From NCBI GenBank assembly GCA_048885865.1, contig JBHLLF010000076.1, positions 1 to 10,591 of the forward strand: DNA of 10,591 nt, read 5' to 3'. Positions within the stretch are counted from its first letter, which is position 1. Each line of letters begins with the position of its first letter. The notes beneath the pieces are model-generated. The model did no database searches. It saw only the letters and a program-made list of their open reading frames with translations, and had not been told where the DNA came from. Source of the DNA: Candidatus Hermodarchaeota archaeon (lineage in GTDB: Archaea > Asgardarchaeota > Thorarchaeia > Thorarchaeales > Thorarchaeaceae). Shown here one piece after another: positions 7,397 to 10,591 of this stretch. A program made the position numbers and the translations under genes.

Positions 7397-7448
7397 GACA
7401 GCTTTCGGATGAAATTGTAAGACAGAATCCAGACAATGGTGTAACCTA

Positions 7449-8627
7449 TTGCCGACCAATGTATCGCCCGAGTTCGACAAACAAAGGCAAATCTATGAGG
7501 ACACAGACGACCTAGCGCAGCGCATAGTAGAGCTAGAGAAGCTGCTGTCACTGGCCCCCAGACACAAAGGTGCTGAAAGGATGGTCGGCGACTACCGCAA
7601 GAAACTTGCACAGCTGAAGGCGAAGCTTGAGAAACAAAGAGAACAAGACCGTTCACGAAGAAGCGCTAGGGGAACAGAAGAGGGTGTAATCCGGAAGGAA
7701 GGTGCAGGTCAAGTCTGTCTTCTAGGAGTTACTAACAGCGGCAAGTCCACTATAATAAACTCTGTAACGAATGCCGAGCTTGATGTCGGCGATTATCCCT
7801 TCACTACTCCTATACCCACGCCCGCAATGCTCACGCTCGAAGACATCAACATTCAGCTGGTGGAGATACCCGGACTGTTTGATGGCTTTCGAAACTCAGG
7901 GATGGGTCGACAAGCACTAGCAGTTGCCCGAAATACAGACTGTATAGCACTCATCATTGACCTCTCGCAGGACATCGATATGCAGATGAACATCATTCTG
8001 AGAGAGCTTGATGGTGCAAGAATTAGGCTGAATCGAGAGCAGAGTGCTGTGAGGATTGAACGAGTGGGCCTGGGTGGCCATATGATCTATGGTGCTCAGA
8101 ACTATCAAGGGGATATTGAGGAGGTCAAAGAGTACCTCAGGGCAAGAAGAATATCGAACATCATCGTTCGTTTTCAGCAACCCGCCACATTTGATCAGCT
8201 TGTGGATGCGATGGATGCCAGTGTAGCCTACGTGAGAGCCCTTGTCATTGCAACAAAAGGTGATGTTCCAGGGTCTGAGGAAAGATATGCAGAACTGACT
8301 AAGAAATACGGCGAACGTTTTGAGATAATCCCCATATCCGCGGAGAAAGGCGAAAACCTTGATGGAATGCAATGGGCATTGTATAACCATCTCGACATCC
8401 TAAGAGTCTATACAAAGATACCAGGCAAGAAAAGAGAAGACAAGCCTATTGTTCTTCCCGAGGGCGCTATCGTGGAAGATGCTGCTGCGAAGGTGCACAA
8501 GGAACTTTTCGTTGAGAGATTCCGAGCGGCTGTGATATATCGTGCAAACGATAAGATAAAGCGGAGGCAGGTGGGACTCAGCTATCCTCTTGAGGATGGA
8601 GACGTCCTGCAGCTAATGAGCAGATAG
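7449..8627 (+). CDS. DRG/OBG-family GTPase with C-terminal TGS domain
   Basis: MPTNVSPE...APRHKGAE N-terminus, G1 GVTNSGKST, G2 YPFTT, G3-like EIPG, G4-like TKGD, G5 ISA, and TGS domain RVYTK...VHKE...LEDGDVLQL. TTG start. Confidence 0.93.
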   Translation: MPTNVSPEFDKQRQIYEDTDDLAQRIVELEKLLSLAPRHKGAERMVGDYRKKLAQLKAKLEKQREQDRSRRSARGTEEGVIRKEGAGQVCLLGVTNSGKSTIINSVTNAELDVGDYPFTTPIPTPAMLTLEDINIQLVEIPGLFDGFRNSGMGRQALAVARNTDCIALIIDLSQDIDMQMNIILRELDGARIRLNREQSAVRIERVGLGGHMIYGAQNYQGDIEEVKEYLRARRISNIIVRFQQPATFDQLVDAMDASVAYVRALVIATKGDVPGSEERYAELTKKYGERFEIIPISAEKGENLDGMQWALYNHLDILRVYTKIPGKKREDKPIVLPEGAIVEDAAAKVHKELFVERFRAAVIYRANDKIKRRQVGLSYPLEDGDVLQLMSR

Positions 8628-8641
8628 AATGGTGCTCAGAA

Positions 8642-9367
8642 TTGACTGAACTCCCGAACATCACAGTTGTCATAGTTGAGCCATTGACCCCTGGGAATGT
8701 CGGATTCGCTGCGAGGGTATTAGCCAACTTCGGTGTAGACAAACTCAGAATTGTAGGGGAGGATCCTCGAAACGACCAATATGCACAGATGTTCTCAGTG
8801 AGAGCAGTTGACATTCTCGAACATGCAGGGATATTCGACAGTCTGGAAGACGCACTTAGCGACATGCATGCCTCTTGGGCAGCCACAGCTAGGGTGGGTC
8901 GAAATCATAGTGTGACGCGTGCAGCCGTACCTCTACCTGACTTACCGGATCCATTCAGTGTGCCCGGACAGGTTGCACTGGTGTTTGGAAGAGAGGACGC
9001 AGGGTTGACAAATGAGGAAATTGCTCTCTGTGATCTTGCCTTCACCATTCCAGCCTCCAGGGAATACCCAAGTATGAACCTGAGTCATGCCATTGCTGTG
9101 ACACTGTATGAGCTTTTCAACAAGTATGGAGTTGCAGAACCTCCAGAACCAACTGAGGCCAAACCTGCGACACGCGAAGAACGAGAGATTGTGTATGGAT
9201 TCTTCGACGAGGTTGTTGAGAATTTAGACCTCAAGGACTACAGGAAGCCCATTGCCAAGCAGGTATTCAGAAACCTCCTCGGAAGGGCATACATGACCGG
9301 TCGTGAGGTCTCAACGCTGACTGGTGTTGTCAGAAAGCTCAGGGATTTGGTGAGGAAAAAGAAATAG
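8642..9367 (+). CDS. trmJ: TrmJ/TrmH-family SPOUT RNA 2'-O-methyltransferase (probably tRNA position 32)
   Basis: VEPLTPGNVGFAARVLANFG, VFGREDAGLTNEE, YPSMNLSHA, and a TrmJ-like helical C-terminus. TTG start. Confidence 0.88.
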   Translation: MTELPNITVVIVEPLTPGNVGFAARVLANFGVDKLRIVGEDPRNDQYAQMFSVRAVDILEHAGIFDSLEDALSDMHASWAATARVGRNHSVTRAAVPLPDLPDPFSVPGQVALVFGREDAGLTNEEIALCDLAFTIPASREYPSMNLSHAIAVTLYELFNKYGVAEPPEPTEAKPATREEREIVYGFFDEVVENLDLKDYRKPIAKQVFRNLLGRAYMTGREVSTLTGVVRKLRDLVRKKK

Positions 9368-9422
9368 GGACTGCCTTTGAATAGCGAGATAGGTTCACAT
9401 TCACCTAGCGGGGCGGACTTTG

Positions 9423-10088
9423 TTGGATTTTCTGTTTGAAGACATTCACTGGATAATTGAGATACTTCTTCTAGTATTCCTCATCCTATTTTTGTGGGTC
9501 TGTGTCTGTGTCAGGTCGATACGCTATTTCTGGAAGTTCCCCATGCCTTCTGCCATGGGAAATGCCATTACTGCTGGTCCGTATAGAAATAGAGCTCAAC
9601 CACCATCAATGATTGTTGATGCTATTGACGCCAAACCGGGAATGACGATCGTAGATTTGGGATGCGGCTCAGGTCTGTATACTGTGGCGGTCGCAAAGGC
9701 AGTGCAGCCAGATGGACTAGTCTATGCAGTTGACATTCAGGAGGGAATGCTGGATAAGTTGAGGGCCAGAATGCAGCGGGAGGGTGTAGAGAACATAACA
9801 CCAATTCTAGCAGATGCTGAGGGTCAGATACCTCTTGATGATGGAATTGCTGATGCAGTGTTCTCTGTCGCAGTGATTCCAGAGATTCCGGACCCTGTTA
9901 AAGCAATGGAACAGATAAAGCGACTAATGGCCGAGGAGGGTGTCTTTGCGGAGGCTGAATTGCTTCTGGACCCAGACTATCCTCTCAGACGCACAGTCAT
10001 CAAATGGGCAAAAGAAGCCGGATTGGTTTTGGAGAAGAGGACAGGAAATGCGTTTCGTTATGTGTTAGTTTTCAAGAAGGAAACCTAG
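9423..10088 (+). CDS. Class I SAM-dependent methyltransferase with N-terminal membrane anchor
   Basis: Hydrophobic N-terminal helix (IIEILLLVFLILFLWVCVCV), motif I IVDLGCGSG, VYAVDIQ, ADAE and DAVFS. The start is TTG 9423 (GGCG 7 nt upstream) or TTG 9420. Confidence 0.9.
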   Translation: MDFLFEDIHWIIEILLLVFLILFLWVCVCVRSIRYFWKFPMPSAMGNAITAGPYRNRAQPPSMIVDAIDAKPGMTIVDLGCGSGLYTVAVAKAVQPDGLVYAVDIQEGMLDKLRARMQREGVENITPILADAEGQIPLDDGIADAVFSVAVIPEIPDPVKAMEQIKRLMAEEGVFAEAELLLDPDYPLRRTVIKWAKEAGLVLEKRTGNAFRYVLVFKKET

Positions 10089-10138
10089 ATGTCACTCTGC
10101 AGTGATTGAGATATGGAATGGACTCAGATTTATCCAAA

Positions 10139-10591
10139 CTAGGAACCATAGCCTAGCTTCTTCTTCAGGTCTGGATCAATCTTGTCGAATCGGACCTTGC
10201 ATGGAGTAGGCATCTTGGGAGCAGCTTTCTTCAGAGCGGCCATTGCCTCCTTGATGTGTGCAGGATTGGTCCTTATCGTGATGAGTGGTTGATTGGGGCT
10301 GACTCTGGCAGCAATGCCGATGACCTTACCAAAAGCCTTTCTCATACCATCCTGTACACGGTCTGCACCAGCTCCGGATATCATCTTGTTCTCACGGAGA
10401 TAGTGGTACGGCTTGACGCGTATTCGGAGGTGGTAGTTCTTTCTTCCCACCTTTCTGGTCATGTGCCGATTGGATGCGACTCGCGCTGCCTCAAGGGCTT
10501 GATGGCGGATTTGACATCTCTCAAGACCATACAGAGATAGCTCGACCGGGAAATCTCCACCAGCCTCACCCATGTCAAAGCTAACTATACG
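10139..10591 (-). CDS. rpl10e: 50S ribosomal protein uL16 (L10e), 5' end outside the window
   Basis: The frame stays open to the window edge (RIVSFDMG...). Motifs QIRHQALEAARV, LRIRVKPYHYLRENKM and GAGADRVQDGMRKAFGK. Confidence 0.98.
   Translation of the reverse strand, partial: RIVSFDMGEAGGDFPVELSLYGLERCQIRHQALEAARVASNRHMTRKVGRKNYHLRIRVKPYHYLRENKMISGAGADRVQDGMRKAFGKVIGIAARVSPNQPLITIRTNPAHIKEAMAALKKAAPKMPTPCKVRFDKIDPDLKKKLGYGS

Noticed and set aside
10089-10138. Bidirectional terminator between the convergent methyltransferase and rpl10e genes
   Set aside because: There is no convincing oligo-T tract, and only a short hairpin (TCACT-CTGC-AGTGA), which is insufficient to call.
5334-10540. 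Minus-strand ORFs overlapping srp54 through the methyltransferase, and plus-strand ORF 10256-10540
   Set aside because: Antisense shadows of conserved genes.

Overview
Archaeal core-genome window of about 49% GC, most consistent with an Asgard archaeon such as Thorarchaeia (inferred from protein motifs, not from a database hit). The minus strand carries a fragmented A/V-type ATP synthase locus (atpF-atpA-[udg, 4-TM protein]-atpB, with atpB running off the left edge and absent from the ORF track) preceded by a stand-alone pyrI. A divergently transcribed plus-strand cluster encodes SRP54, a degenerate TrmY-like SPOUT protein, a DRG/OBG-family GTPase, a TrmJ-type methyltransferase and a membrane-anchored class I methyltransferase. 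It converges on a partial uL16/L10e gene at the right edge. I found no RNA genes, CRISPR arrays or mobile elements. The main point of interest is the two-gene insert between atpA and atpB: a family-4 UDG lacking one Fe-S cysteine and the uracil-pocket Asn, and an internally duplicated membrane protein whose two halves resemble VirB2/TrbC/CedA1-type pilin hairpins.
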